Assembly (NCBI RefSeq): GCF_964355755.1
Contig: NC_092670.1
Span: forward strand, 6,190,201 to 6,254,200
From: Antedon mediterranea
Taxonomy: Eukaryota > Animalia > Echinodermata
Length of the DNA: 64,000 nt
Reading direction: 5' to 3'
Made by a program: the position numbers and the translations under genes. The notes below the pieces were generated by a model. The model was not told where the DNA came from. It made no database searches and saw only the letters and a list, made by a program, of their open reading frames with translations. Positions 44,901-59,900 of this stretch are shown here, piece by piece; within the stretch, counting starts at the first letter, position 1; the number at the start of each line of letters is the position of its first letter.

Positions 44901-47900
44901 TTTTTTGCTTGATTTTTGTTTTTTCTGTCTTTTATAATATATTTACCAATTTTCAATCAATTTTGCCTTAAAATCTCGTCATACGAGCACGTAGAATTAA
45001 ACAATTTGCGCGCAATTTTGATGAAAAAGTCCAAAAATTTGTCAAAATTATGCCTTTTTTTAAACAGTCATAGATTCTAAACTACGTGGTAAACTTTTTT
45101 ATAATTACATATTCTGGTAGTAGATGAGTTGTAGATATCGAATCATGTATCAATATGGCTATCAGGACATTGTGACGTCATCGTATGGCCACTTGAATAT
45201 AAAATATAGGATTTTTTTCTCTTTCGTATAGCTCATCACATTTAATAGAGCGCATCTCCACTTATCCGTATTCCATTGCCCTCCATTTCTTTATATTGTC
45301 TATGTCAATCAATTATCTTTCGCATGATTCACCATTTTAAAAATTGTTATGACGTCATCATGTGCAAAAGCGTCAATAACTTTGGTCACTTATTTTCACC
45401 TATTCTGAACTGTATGTAGTACGTATACGGTATATAGCGTATACCGTATACACTTTGACGTGACACAAAATAGAGAGCGCACTCACATTTTTTCAATGGC
45501 ATAATCGTTTTTCTGCGCGCAATATTCCAACGTATGACGTGCACGTGGCTTTAGGACTGCGGATAACCTAACTCGTCCGTAGTGACGAGTTCAAATCTAG
45601 TTTGTGATTTGTTATTTTAAAACATACAGTAATTTGATTTAATGTGCATGTTTTTTGATGCGAGAAGTTTAAAAAACCTATTTTCAAATTCACTTGTTTG
45701 ATTTTCGCATTGCTGTTCTATTGTTAGTCAACTGAAGCTATTGTTAATTGAAAGGCTTGTTACATAACCATTACACCAAACTCGCATACATATACTTGTA
45801 GTGAAATTAGCCTAAATTACACACAGCATTAAGACACACTTTCCGGTGACTAAATCTGATGTAGAAGAATATTACAGTAGGCACTCTCGGACGGGCTTCT
45901 TTCTAGTTAAAAATGTCATTTGTTTCACGTTTTTCGACTTTCCAATAAAATTACCACTGTTTTTTGACTGGCATCGTAAAAATGTTTTATGTTTTAATTT
46001 TTTTCAGCAATATTTGACGATGTTTGGCGCAACATTAGCCTTGCCGCTCTTGCTGTCAACCGTGTTTTGTATGAACAATGATCTTGTTGCCCTAAGTGAA
46101 CTTATTAGTACAATCTTCTTTGTGTCTGGAATGGTGACTGTTTTACAAACAACATTTGGCTGCAGGTAATTTTTTTTAAATGCAGGGTATATGCACACCG
46201 CCTATGCTCAAAATTTGCTTTCTCAAAACTGGCGAAAGGTCAATCAGTTCGTCCAGCCCGTGTACAGTTACAAATAAAGTTATTTCCAATCACTCGTCTG
46301 TACAATTACTTCCAAACGGGAATCTTGTTTTTGATTTTGTTTTTATTCACTTGAGTGACGTGAAAAAAACAGCAAGTAACGCAATATCTCTACATTGTGA
46401 TCGCTTGGGCTGGCGACAGCAGCGATGTTGTGGTTTACAGAAAACCTTATTCTGAACCAGGCATCACAGCCTAGGTGGACGAATGTTTGAGTTTTTAAAT
46501 AAAAATTATTTTGCCAGTTTAGATATTTTTATTCTGCGTTATTTAAATGTACTGTGAATATGATGACGATATCATAAATTTGATTACTTAAGAAGAAACA
46601 AACTGGTGTTGTCTTTCGGGGAAGGCTTATTAAAATCCGAGCTGTTTAGAGAAATACTTCCCCCTCTTCATAAGCTGAGCCAGCTCGGTCTCTCAGATTC
46701 AACCGCTTTCTAGAAGTACCCCTTTGTAAAACCAGCAGACTTAGGTCGTCTCCAGTTCCCACCATGGTGGATATAAATAATAGGCACCACTAGCTCTTTT
46801 TTAGATATGTAATAAGTGTATGTTTTAAGGTTTTTTATTCATGTATGTTTTTTAATTTTATGGTACGATATCTAATTTTAATAAGATGTTTCTATTTTTA
46901 TAGCAATTTTAACTAATTTTTATTTATTTGTAATACAATTCATTTCAGTCCTTGACTGTTGTTTTGTAATATATTTTTATATACCGAATAAAGGTAAAAA
47001 ATTAAAATAAAAATTAATAACATAATTTTGTATGATATTTTGTACCATATGCTTCTCTTTAATATTTAGCATCTACTGTAAATGCAAGTGACACGTTCAC
47101 AAAATTTACGGTATATACTATATATACAGGTAGCATACTGTAGTATGGTATAATAATAATAATAATAATAATAATATTTATTCGGTCATCAATGTAAAAA
47201 ATAAGCAGGAATGAGAATAGGCTAAAGCCCAAACAGATTCTGCACTCACTCCATACAATACAAACAGTTAAGATAAAACCATATCCAAGAAAAATACAAA
47301 TAAACTATACATAACATGAAATATAGTGTTTTGTTAAAGCAGCCTTAAATATTGAAATTGTTTGTGAATCATTTATGTCATTTGGTATTTGCTTACATAG
47401 TCTAGGAAAGGAAACAAATACAGAATTATGAAAAGTATTGCCTTTCGAATTCCAACGTAAAAGCCTACCCCGACATCTTTCACTAGATTTAATATACTCA
47501 TGCATTTGAAATCAGCAAAATAGCAGCAAAATAGCATCAAAATGCTATACAGACTTAAAGACCCCTTCCCTGCAATTTTGGACGTTTTTTGGAAAATAAT
47601 ACATATATATCACTTTAAAAACATTAAACCATGTCATTCCTTGTCTTAAATGTACGTTTTATGGTAAATTATGATAAAAAGTGAGAAACAATGCACTACC
47701 TAAGTAGCTCGCGGCGATCGACCTCTCGTGGACGGTCTCAGGCCTAGCCTAGCTAGGCTTAGTTTTGTAGGCCTAGCTGGTAAACATCGGTAACGTACGA
47801 ACATCGTACGCTAGCTATATACCTAGGCTGACGTTGTATAGTTGCTGCATTAATTGTCTTTCTATTTTTGCCAGACTCCGTTGATACAAATTGGGGAACA

Positions 47901-50900
47901 CCCGGTATTTTCGCTGAAAAGTTAGGAGTCTTCCATTTGTTTTGGCTTCACGATCGATCGAAAAGTGGGCGAATTACAGGTGAAAAACAAAAATATCAAT
48001 CCGCGCGCAATGCATTTTGGGATTTATAGCGGGCCGCTATAATTATTAAAATCGATTTATTTTTCACATTTTTAACCGTTTAAAGACGAAAAAAGTTATC
48101 GCAATAGGACCATATAGTATTATTTTTACATTAAATATAGTTTGTGATCTTAAATTAGATCTAAAAAACGTAGGGAATGGGGCTTTAAGTTTCCTAATTT
48201 CTTTCTCTTTCTAATTTACTGTAACTACAATAGAGGCATTGCTTAGTAATTTGTTTCTGTAAATGGTTGTGGTAACCTTAAAGAAAATTGTTGTACTGTA
48301 AATGCCATTGTACTTTTTAGAAACTGAGCTGAAATTTAATTCAGTCATTTGTCATTGGCTTTTTATCACTTCAGTTCCGTAGATAATTTATGTGATAATG
48401 TTTTTCAGTCATGCATCTTAAATGTTTGTAATTTATTTTATTTCACAAAAATGAAATGTTCTTAAAACTCATGTTGCACACATACAGTACACCATAGAGT
48501 ATACAGTATACTGTATGTAACTCCCTGCACACACACTCTTACCAAAATCACTACGTCATTTTACCCATAAACACTAATTTGACAGCAAAGGAATTGCTTA
48601 AACTGACAGGTTACTGTATTAAAGAAATTGTGGTCATTTGGTAAACCATTGTGGTCCTGATTCTGATCATACGGTACTACCAAGATTGGTTATTCTTTTT
48701 TAAGTAAATACCGTACAGACAGTAGATTGTAAGCAATGCACGATCAGAGAAAATCCATCCCTGAAAATACAGTACCACTGGCGCAGTTTAGAAAATACAG
48801 TACAGTATTGGTATACTGTACAGCAATTCTCATACAGTAACCTGTACCAAGTGATTCAACCATTCAAGTTTACGTTTTAGTTATCTACCTATTACAAAAA
48901 AATATACAATCTCAAATATAGTTTACAGAAGATTTCTCAATGACCATCCTACATACTCAGTTAGTACAGTAATTCATGATGTGAATAAATTTGTTTAGAT
49001 TAGGCCGGAAGAAAAACGCCAACAGTTGCATTTAAATTATCATTTTATTAGTGTACATAATGAATTGGCAAAAGATGTTTTCAAGAAAAGAAAAGAAAAG
49101 TAATTCATGATACCATAAATTATTGTTTATATTTATTATTAATATTAATATCATCAAGGTCCAATAAAAATGTATTCAATAATGGTTGACAATAATCATA
49201 ATGGCTCGCAAAAAGTAAAAAAAAATTTAAAAATGTAACAAAAATTGCCCATTATTATTACAATCAAAATTAAAAGTACTTTGTATATACTGTATGTAAA
49301 TTTTGGTTTCTCTTGACCTTGGACTAAATAGACACAATTATTGTTTATAATTATATGGGTATAATGTTTAATAATAGATAATTCATTTAATGAAACATGT
49401 TTCTATAATTAAAGTTAATTAATAAAGTGACGTGAGTTGACTTTGAGTTGACTGTAAATATAGTGATGAGGGTGGGTGGTTGAATGGTGTTTAATTGGCA
49501 TTATGTCATCTTAATTACCATTGGTTTTCCCAATATACAATAAAGCTGTTAACTAATTTAATTAAAACATTTTGAAAGTTCTTTTTTGTTTGTTTACAGA
49601 CTGCCAATTGTACAAGGAGGCACGTTTGTATTCGTGGCACCAACGATGGCCATTTTGAGTCTCCGTGGCGAGTGCCCTCAACCACTGCCTGGTTAGTAAT
49701 TATTCAGTTGATTGATAACCGTAACAAAAAAATCACCCTTCCCTCTCCTTGGTTTGCAAAAGAAAAGAATCCCAGTCTCGAAATTAAGCCCACTTGGCTT
49801 CTTTTAAAGATAGTATGAGCTTCTTGTCGAAACAATAGGTTTATGTTAACATGAATGCCAAAGGAACAGAAATAAACAATTATAATACATGAAGAGTTAT
49901 AGTAGTTGACTGAATTAATGCCAGATACTTGTGATACTGTACATATGTACATTTTAATGGTTGTGTTTATTATACATTTATTTTACTTTTGTCTCAAAAG
50001 TTCTATATTGTTTAATAGCAATTCACAAAATTGACAATTTATTTCAAAAAGTTAGCAAAAGTAATCTCAAAAAGAAACCCATCTCAAAAAGAATAAAACC
50101 AAACCAACAGTCCTAAAAAGAAAGAAGTCCATGGGCTTGTTTTCTGGGTTATACGATATTGTTGAACTTGTACAGTATGGAATTAACAATCAATATGTTG
50201 ATATAAAGTTTGTGGTATATCATGTATACTGTAGTTCTGAAAAGAACTGTTGAGATACGTTTCTATCAATATGTTTTGTATAGCAATCAGAATTTGTTTA
50301 AGATTTTTTGTAATTATAAATTGACTGTTACTGGTAGTAGTCATAAACAGTAGGAGGATGTTTTGAAAATGATTGTCATTATTGTAATAATTCAATTTAA
50401 CATATTGTTTACTCTCTCTGTGATCTCACAATCTATGATGCCCAATTACCTCAATAAGATAAATTTGCCATTGTTCAATTAAATATTAATTTTATTGATT
50501 ATATTATCATTTAAGATACAGTATGCTACTGTATGGATTGCAATCATTTCATAAATTTATTCATAAATAATTAAATCACTAAAGTTTCATTCATACGGTG
50601 TCATTCTTCTTTCTTACAACCCAGATTTAATATTTAAACCTACTGTACCCCCTAACCTTAAACTACATGCCCATACTGTAGGCCTACAGTACATCTGCCT
50701 TTGAAGTACACTTGCTATTTGAAATCTGTACTAAAAAGAGCAATTTTTTAATGATGAATTCATGTGATAAAACTACCTGCAGTACTTTGTAAATGTGACG
50801 TCATATTATTCCATTCACATAAATTTTTAAACACTCCACGCAAATACAAAATACGTGCAAATTGTAAATGTTTGAAAGACTAGCCTTGAGCAACTTGTAA

Positions 50901-53900
50901 AGAAATGTTCATTAATCAAACACATGCTAATAGTCCAGAGAGTAAAATACAATCTTTGATATTCCTATAAAATTCTAATCAAATTTTATTTGAAAAAGAG
51001 AAAGAATGAAAATGCCATTGGAAATCTATAATTTATTTAAAATGGATTCAACAAACCATTATTTTTAATACTAAAATACATGGTTCCTCATTCATAACAG
51101 CATTGTCCCCTGAATGAATAAGGTTGTCCCCAGAATGGAGGTTTCCCAAAACAGGGGCTTTACTGTTGGCTACTTTAAATGAATTGAATTATGAATTAGA
51201 TGTGCAATTAATTTAAACCAACTTTTGCAGGAAATATAATTATTTATAAAAGCAGGCCGTTTATCGCTAACAGTTAGGTTAGAAAATGGCAGTGATAATG
51301 GGAAAATTATAATATTAAAGAATAATTTAATGACATATTTAAATGATGTCACAGTGGCAACTTGTAAGATGTCCTTGAATTAGAATTTATTAAAAATTAA
51401 GCTATTTAGTATTTGTTGTCAATGTATCAATAATCAATGTGGGCGTTTGTGTACGTCAGCATGATGCGTCACAATATGCTTGATCATACACTTACAGTTT
51501 ATTAAAATGGTGACAATCTTTAAATTGGCACCAAAACTCATCAGAGATATTCTTTTGCTGGTTACATTTTGTATTTTCAATTAAATTAGTGTATAAAGAA
51601 AAATTCATAAATGATACTGGGAAAAAATTAAATTAAGGGAAAAAGAAGGAATTAGGAAAGATGATTAGACAAAATCAGTACAACTTGCATTTAATTTTCA
51701 TCAGTAGAACCCAATTCTACAGTAAGAAAAGAAGGTGGAGAATTCATTGGAAAGAGGGAACCTGTTTTTGTTTGCTCTTTATAGAAAAGAAAATAGTTTT
51801 TGTATTTCTTAATTGGTAAAATCTATATGAAATTGTAGTTTGTAATTGATGTAGGCCATTTCTAAAAAAATCCCCATTTCAGCTTTTTTGGCTGAGATAT
51901 GGATTTGTATTGCTTTGAATTATTTTGATTATTTTTTATATTCAATTTTGAAATAAAGATAATGATATATAAACCATTCTCTCATTCAAGAAAAAGTTTA
52001 AAATATGACAATTGGTGAAGCATTTTTACATAAAAGATTAATGATTAAAAAATAAACAATCAATATTTTTTTTCATATCTCAAATTTATTATTCAAATAA
52101 ACTTTCTTTTTAGAGAATGCCACACAATATGAGTTTGATACTGCTACTGAAATATGGCAGAGCAGGATAAGAGAAGTATGTTTTTTTGTCTATCAGACTT
52201 TTATTTAATATTCATAGTTTTTACTTATGAATTAAAGAGTATAAAAATACTCCATACAGGAATTTGGAAGGTGTGGGAGGGCAATTTTGAAATTGTGAGA
52301 AGAGCGATATGAAAAGTATGCTCCAAGGCATGTTTTAATTTTCAATACAGTGTCTTTGTGAGTGGTATTTATGGTGGCCATAGAAAACAAAAAGTGAATT
52401 TTACATTTACAATTGAAAACTGACCAAAAAAATTTACTTTCACTTTCGTAAATCAAAATCTTTTCAGATTCAAGGTGCAATAGCAGTGTCCTCTATCGTT
52501 CAAGTCGTCATTGGATTCTCAGGAATTCTGGGATTACTGATGAGATACATCGGCCCATTGTGCATCGCACCAACAATCGCCCTAATTGGTCTGTCTCTGG
52601 TTGAGCCAGCTACGTATCTGTCAGGACAGCATTGGGGTATCTCTCTACTGTAAGTAAATCAAGTGGTTTTAAGTAATAGTTGCAAATAAATTTATACAAT
52701 TTGTTTTTGAAAATTAATTTGATATACCACGAAATCGATTAATATTTTTACCAGAGAAACCAGAAATCTCCAACATTTAAATTGAAAACTGACCTATACC
52801 GTTTCATTTCCTAATTTTCCATTATTAAACAAAACAGCACCGTGAAACTGAACTGAAGTGTGAATGTTATAACTTTCATGTGGTATAATCTGTACCTTTC
52901 AAAATACTATATTTCTCTATTCATGTTCATGAACTCTTTTAACATTAAGAAGTAAACAGTACATATAAAAAGCAGATTCTTAAGACATGATAGGCATAGA
53001 TTACATACTTAGATGATTTACCTCATGTACTTAGCAACTAAGTTAATCGATTGCAATGTAGTTTGGTTGTGACGTCATCTATATCCTCATAATGAATGCC
53101 TAATCGTATATTCTATACACACTTTACTATGGATTTAAAAAAAATTAAATTCAATCATTATCAACTATTGTATAATTGTTGATGGTAAATAGTTTGTTGT
53201 TTTATTTGTTTACCACACACATTGTATACAAATAATAATAGAACTTAAAATGAAATATACTTTAAAAATAAAACAGTGTGTAGTACTGTAGGTCACCAAA
53301 ATAAGATTTAAACCATTTTAAATAGGAGGAAAAGGAGAGAGACAGGGGTTGGGGAAGGAATTAATAAAAACAATATCTATAAAACTAAAATGTATATTTA
53401 TATAACATATAATAATGGTATAAAAATAGTAAAAACAGAAAATTAATTAATTAAAGTCAAAACTCTCTATTTCTCCCTCCTGATTCTGAAAATGTATAAA
53501 TAGTGATGAAATTACATTTAATGGCACTAGCTTCATCTCATTCATTATCAACTACCGCAAGTTGGTTAATGGACATAATATCACATTTGAATACAGCCTG
53601 ATAGCTTTAGGTTTGAGACTGTTAACACCATTAAGCACTTAAAATGCTGTGTGAATAACTTTAATACAATCTACAATACTGTTCAATAATGTGATTTATT
53701 AAAAGAAATGGGGAGTAGCTATCATGTTGCTGAAGCGTTAGCAAATATCTATCTGCTTATTTAAAGACATGAATGGAAGAGCTTATATAAAGAGTGGGTG
53801 GAATATAGGCTTTGTGAATCTGCCCACTCAACACAACTACGTCTTTGAGAACATGTGACAAAGTAAAATAGACCAGTCCATCTTCAAATTCATGGAAATA

Positions 53901-56900
53901 TTTTATCTATTGGATCACAATAAACATTCGTTATGTTAAATATAATTTCTCTTTCTGTGAAAATGAATAAAATTAATATTAAACTTGTCAACAAAATATG
54001 CCATATATTAAAAGTATAAAAAAAAAGAAAACAGAAAATGTATCAAATCAACAGAGCATCATTTCATCAAACATTTTATTTCATTTCATTTATAATTCAT
54101 TCATTTATTTACTTATTTCGGATAGTACATGCATATACAAATCATACAAAAAACAAAAAGAGAAACAATTTCACCAGGAAATTAAAAATATAAACCAACC
54201 TACAATATCCTAAAATACCAATTTTTACCAATGCTGATGTAGGTTGGATTGTTGAAGTACGTTAATTATGGTTTGAATCAGACTATTACAACTGTCATGA
54301 ATTCTGTTCATGTATAGAGTTCCTCCAATATTCATAGAATGAGGGAACCTTATTTGTTACAAACATCATGCTTGCGCTATTATTGTCGCAAACATATGTG
54401 AATGTGAAATTAAAACTAACAAATAATTATTCTGACAATAAACATTGGTAAATCTCATCCAGATACAGTAGGTCTGGATTTTAAGTGCTATTAAAAACAA
54501 ATCCAGATCTGACTTGATAACGGAAAATTAACAAAATCCATATCATAGCAGCATTTGTATTGCGAGTTTGCTAGTAATATTCAGAGGCGTAGGCTATTAG
54601 GCTATTATGGGCGGGGAAGGGTATTTTTCATGGAAATGGGCTATTTAAAATCAAAATGCTCTGTTACATATGGTAATATCATTTCTTATCTATTATATAT
54701 AATTCTACTGGATTTTTTTCACAGAACTATGGGATTGGTTGTTCTATTTTCGCAATATTTAAAAGAGTTGAATATACCGATACCAACCTATTCACGAGAT
54801 ATTGGTTTCAGCATTATTTGGTTTCCAGGATTTAAACTTTTTCCAGTAAGTATGAAAAATACTTCTGTAGTTTTCACTACAGTACCTAGCTAAACACATA
54901 AGTATACTTTGCATCTCCCATTCCCATAGGTGGTTCCAACTATGTCATCGTCAATAGTGGCCTAGAGAGAGGGTGGGTGTCAATAAACTACTTAACTCTA
55001 GAAATTAAAATAACACAAATTACCTCACCGAACCTCTTTCCTTTCTTCGTCATTAGGTTCGTATTTCTTGACAGTCATCGTGTACTGTGTGCTCAGCAAT
55101 AATTATGGGCCCCTTACCAATAAATCTACAAATATTGGAGAAGATTTATGTTTTGAACCTGGCTGTAGGCCGTAAAATCAAATTTAAAATAGCATTTTCT
55201 ACGCACATAAAAAGAGGCCAATGGGTATAAATATTGAGTGTCGATATTGAATAAAGATACATATAGTACTTTTAGGATATAGTACTTTTAGGATATAGTA
55301 CTTTTAGGATATAGTACTTTCAAAAGTTACAAGCCTGTACTGTACAAATTGTACTTATTTGCAGATCATGTAATTTTCAAAAATTTCCTAAAGGTGACTA
55401 AAAAAAAAATATATATATGAATAGTTTTACCTATTAATTTAAATTAAATTAAATAAACAATTACAAAAATGAGGTCCCCATTTATGACTCACACCCTATA
55501 GTCCAGTCCCTAAGGGGAAATGATGTTACCATAGTGGATACAAGTGTGCCCTTTGGCATGTTGATAGAACATGATATGGAGATACCAAAACAAAGTTACT
55601 GGAAATCTGATTTGACCTCTGTGACCTCTGACCTCAATTTTTATATTTCTATCTTAAACAGCCATATCTCCGCAACGGGTTTGACAATTGAAATGATATT
55701 GGTGTCAAATAGATCAGAGGGTACATATTTATATTCGCTCTAATAGAACTTTTTCCAAAAAAACGACCAGAAATGTAATTTCTCAATGTTTTGACCTTTG
55801 ACCTCGGCTTACTATATCTCAATAACTACTGATCAAAATTTCTTGAAATTTGTTTCAAATTGTTAAGAGCATACATATTTATATATACTCTAATTAAACA
55901 TGTTCTTCCAAATCCACAGGAAATGTCATTTACTGACCTTTGACCTTTAATGTTTAAATATGTCTGTATCTCTGTAACCAAATGTCATAAAAAGTTCAAC
56001 TTGGTGTTAAAATGTTCAAAATGTAAACATTTATATTAGCTCTAATAGAAGATGTTATCATATTTTTACTGGAAATGCCAGTTTGAGGTATGACCAGGAT
56101 ATACTGTTAAGCGTGCGTGTTTCATACTTATAATAATATACCTAAAATATAGATTTAATTGACCAGAACTACATTCAATATCCTATTTAGCCTTTTACAA
56201 TTTTCTTAAAACTTAATGTTTAATTTAATTTCAATATATAATTCCATCGCATGGTAGGCCTACACCGTAAAAGCAACACTTAATATCAACAAAAAATTAG
56301 ATAAACTTAAAAGTTAAATAACATTTTTAAAAAAGAAAGAAAATCAGGATCTTAAAGAAAGAAAAGAAGAATTAACCAATACGATTTGATACTCATAAAA
56401 CATATGACCTAATTATCAATTTAATTGCTTGAAGTATGCTGAAAAAATAAAATGTTTGAAACAGTGAGGAAAAAGCGAAGAAAAGAAAAACATATGTTTA
56501 AAATATTAGAAATCTGAAAAGGATCAAAGACAAATTAATTACAAAGCTGATTTCTTTTCAAGAACATACTGTAGTGGAATATAAAAGGAAAACAAACCAG
56601 TGAACAGTCAAAATTACCATCTTGGCTTGATGAGGCAATAACACATCCAGCTCATAACACTATACAACAAAATCTTTGAAACCAGAAGAAATTAAGAGAA
56701 GCAATAATAATTATGCTTTAATCCACAAAAACATGACAAAACTGACATCAACCATTACCGACCAAACGAACATTATAACATTTACACAAATAATTTACAA
56801 AAGTAATCAAAAACCAAAATCAGAGACCGACTAGAAGTAAATAAACCAATATATAAGGCTTTATACAGTAGGACCATCTTATACAGTTTGTCAATCAACT

Positions 56901-59900
56901 AAAATAAAAAGGAAATGAATATAATAATAATAATAAATAACATTTATAAAGCGCAAGAGACAAAGGTTTCAAAGCGCTGTGTTTTCCAAGATCAGTGCAA
57001 GTAGTAGCGTGCGATTATGCTTCTCTGAAGAGATGAGTTTTGAGTTTAGTTTTAAATGTGATAACAGATTTTGATGAGCGTATTTCGAGTGGTAGAGTGT
57101 TCCAGAGTTTTGGGGCTGCGACAGCGAAAGCACGATCACCGTAAAACCGAGTTCTGGAACGGGGTCCAGGTTTTAGAAGAAGTCTGCTGGATGAACGAAG
57201 CGAAGAGTTGGTTGACGGAGTAATGATGTCACATATGTAGGCTGGAGCACATCCGTTGATGGCCTTATATGTCAGCAACAGGATTTTAAAACGAATGCGC
57301 TGATCAACAGGCAACCAGTGTAAGTCACGTAAAACGGGAGAAATATGTTCATGTCGTTTAGTGCCAGTGATAAGTCTTGCGGCGGAATTTTGGATTCGTT
57401 GAAGAGGAGACAGATAAGAAGTTGGTAGGCCGTACAGAAGCGAATTATTACAGTCCAGACGAGATGAAACAAAAGCATGAACAAGACGTTCAGTTGATGT
57501 TTTGTCAAGGTACTTACGAATCTGGCCGATCTGGTAAATTCCAAAGGAAGCACCACGGCAAACATTACGAATGTGTTCTTTTAAACCGAGGCTGTTGTCT
57601 AGTTGGACGCCTAGATTTCTGGCTGAGCTGGAGGTAGAGACACTAGTATCTCCGATATGGACCAAAGGAAATGATGATGCCTCACGGAACTTTGAATGAA
57701 AATGGATCATTTCAGTCTTGGAGTCGTTGAGCATGAGTTTATTTTGAATGGCCCATGAGCGAACATCTGCAATGCATGATTCAAGGCTGTTAACAGATTC
57801 AGAGTGATGTGTAGGTTTCATGATTAAATATAGTTGAGTGTCATCTGCATAGATCATATGACGAACTTCCGGGTGGGAATCAATGATGTTGCTGAGTGGT
57901 CCAGTGTATAAGATGAAATCGAGTGGACCTTTTACGGATCCCTGTGGTACACCCCAGGGTAGAGCGAACTCATCAGACATCGAATCACCCACAATGATTG
58001 CTTGTCTACGATTCTCAAAATATGAAATAAACCATTTCAATGCGGTTCCGCTTATGCCGTATCTTTTATGAAGACGTTGAAATAATAAATCATGATTGAT
58101 AGTGTCAAATGCTGCGGAGTAGTCGAGTAGAATAAGTACCGCTTCATTACCTTTGTCTAAAGCAAGTAGTAGATCGTTTGTAACACGTAATAAAGCGGTT
58201 TCAGTTGAGTGGAAGCGGCGGTAGGCTGATTGGACTCTTGAAAACAGGAAATGTTCATCCATATATGCTTTTATCTGAGCAGTTGCAATTCTTTCCAAGA
58301 CTTTGAAAAGGAAGGGAAGATTTGCTATTGGTCTATAATTTTGTAGGACGTTGGAGTCGAGATTTTGCTTTTTCAACAGTGGCATAACGAGGGACAATTT
58401 AAATGCAGATGGTACAGTACCTGATGACAGCGACATGTTGACGATTTTAGTGATATGCGGTAGTAGAGCGTCAATGCAGTTTTTTAGTAACCGTGTTGGA
58501 ATTGGGTCAAGTCTACTGGACTTAGATGCGCTTTCAGCGATGACTTTGCGTACCGTATCTTCTGGTATTTGCTCAAATTCAGCGAAACTACTATTACATG
58601 ACTCGTCGACGTTGACAGTTATTAGTGGAGTGTTTATGGAGTTAAGATTCTTGCAAATTTTCAGAATCTTTTCATTAAAGAAACAGCCAAACTGGTTTGC
58701 GAGATCCATTGAAGATGTGTGTTTTGGCAGAACAGGAGAAGAATCGACCGAGTACAGTTTACTTATGATGCGGAAAAGGTTCTTGTCATCCGCATTAGCG
58801 ATTTCATTGCGATGATAATTGCATTTTGCTAGATCTAGCATATCTTTATATGCTTTGCATTCCAACTTGTACCTCTGTTTGTCGATATCCAAACCAGATT
58901 TCAACATTCTGCGTTCTGATCTCCGTTTGACGCACTTCGCTTCACGGAGTTCATTCGTGTACCATGGTGCCCGTGGTCTAATGGTGACCAGTTTAGTTGT
59001 TAACGGAGCATGTTGGTCAAGGATGTACTGCAATACATTATTGTATTGGTCAGCGAGATCGGAGACATTATCTTCCGGTGCGCAGACGAGCGGGGAATTC
59101 ATTATATCTTCCACAAAACAATTTAGATCAATGTTACGAAGTTTGCGGTAAGAGGTTGTCCGCGTTGGTTGTTTAGGATGTGATAAATCCACAAAGCTGA
59201 TGACAGCCATATGGTCGGATGGTAGTCCTTGTTTGACAGTGGTTTGTTTTTGTTTTATTATGTTGTCGTTTTTTCGAGAGATTAGAAGGTCCAGTGTGTG
59301 CCCGCTAACGTGAGTGGGGCCTTGGACGTGTTGATGAAGACAACTCGTGTAAAGCAGTTCATCAAATCGCTTGGTGTTGTTGTCCAAGAGGTCATTTGTG
59401 TGAATATTGAAATCACCAACTATCAGAAGGTTTTTGGTGCAAGAGACTGATTCAAGAAGTGATGAGAATTCAGTGATGAACAAGTCAAAGGTAAGTTTGT
59501 TTTTGGTCGATGGTGGTGGTCTGTAAATTGAAATCAAGTTAATTACAGATGAATTGGAAGTGATCTTGATATCCATATGTTCGAAAGACCGGAAACTTGT
59601 TGAAACATTTGGTGTTATTATCACCAAATCTTTGATTTAGAGATTATCAGAAAGCATTTGACTCAATAAAACAGGCATTACCATATATTAGAGGGAAATA
59701 TTATACCTCAACAAATATTGATTACGATCGTTCAAAGAGAAGTTAAGAAAGATTAGTAAGACAAGGCAACACTTAAGATCTTCACTGCATTGGAAGAGGT
59801 GTTTAATCAAAGAGCTAATCTAAAAAATAGAGTAAATATCACGTTAAAGACAAAATAAACAGTTAATTTAACCAAAATCACATTGACTTCCAGCCTATTT

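Larger units (their letters stand above)
56560..59850 (+). mobile_element. Old RTE-clade LINE relic split by the L2 insertion
   Basis: Left part (~56560-56925): [22 protein letters not shown]. Right part (~59620-59850): [23 protein letters not shown]. Confidence 0.6.
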
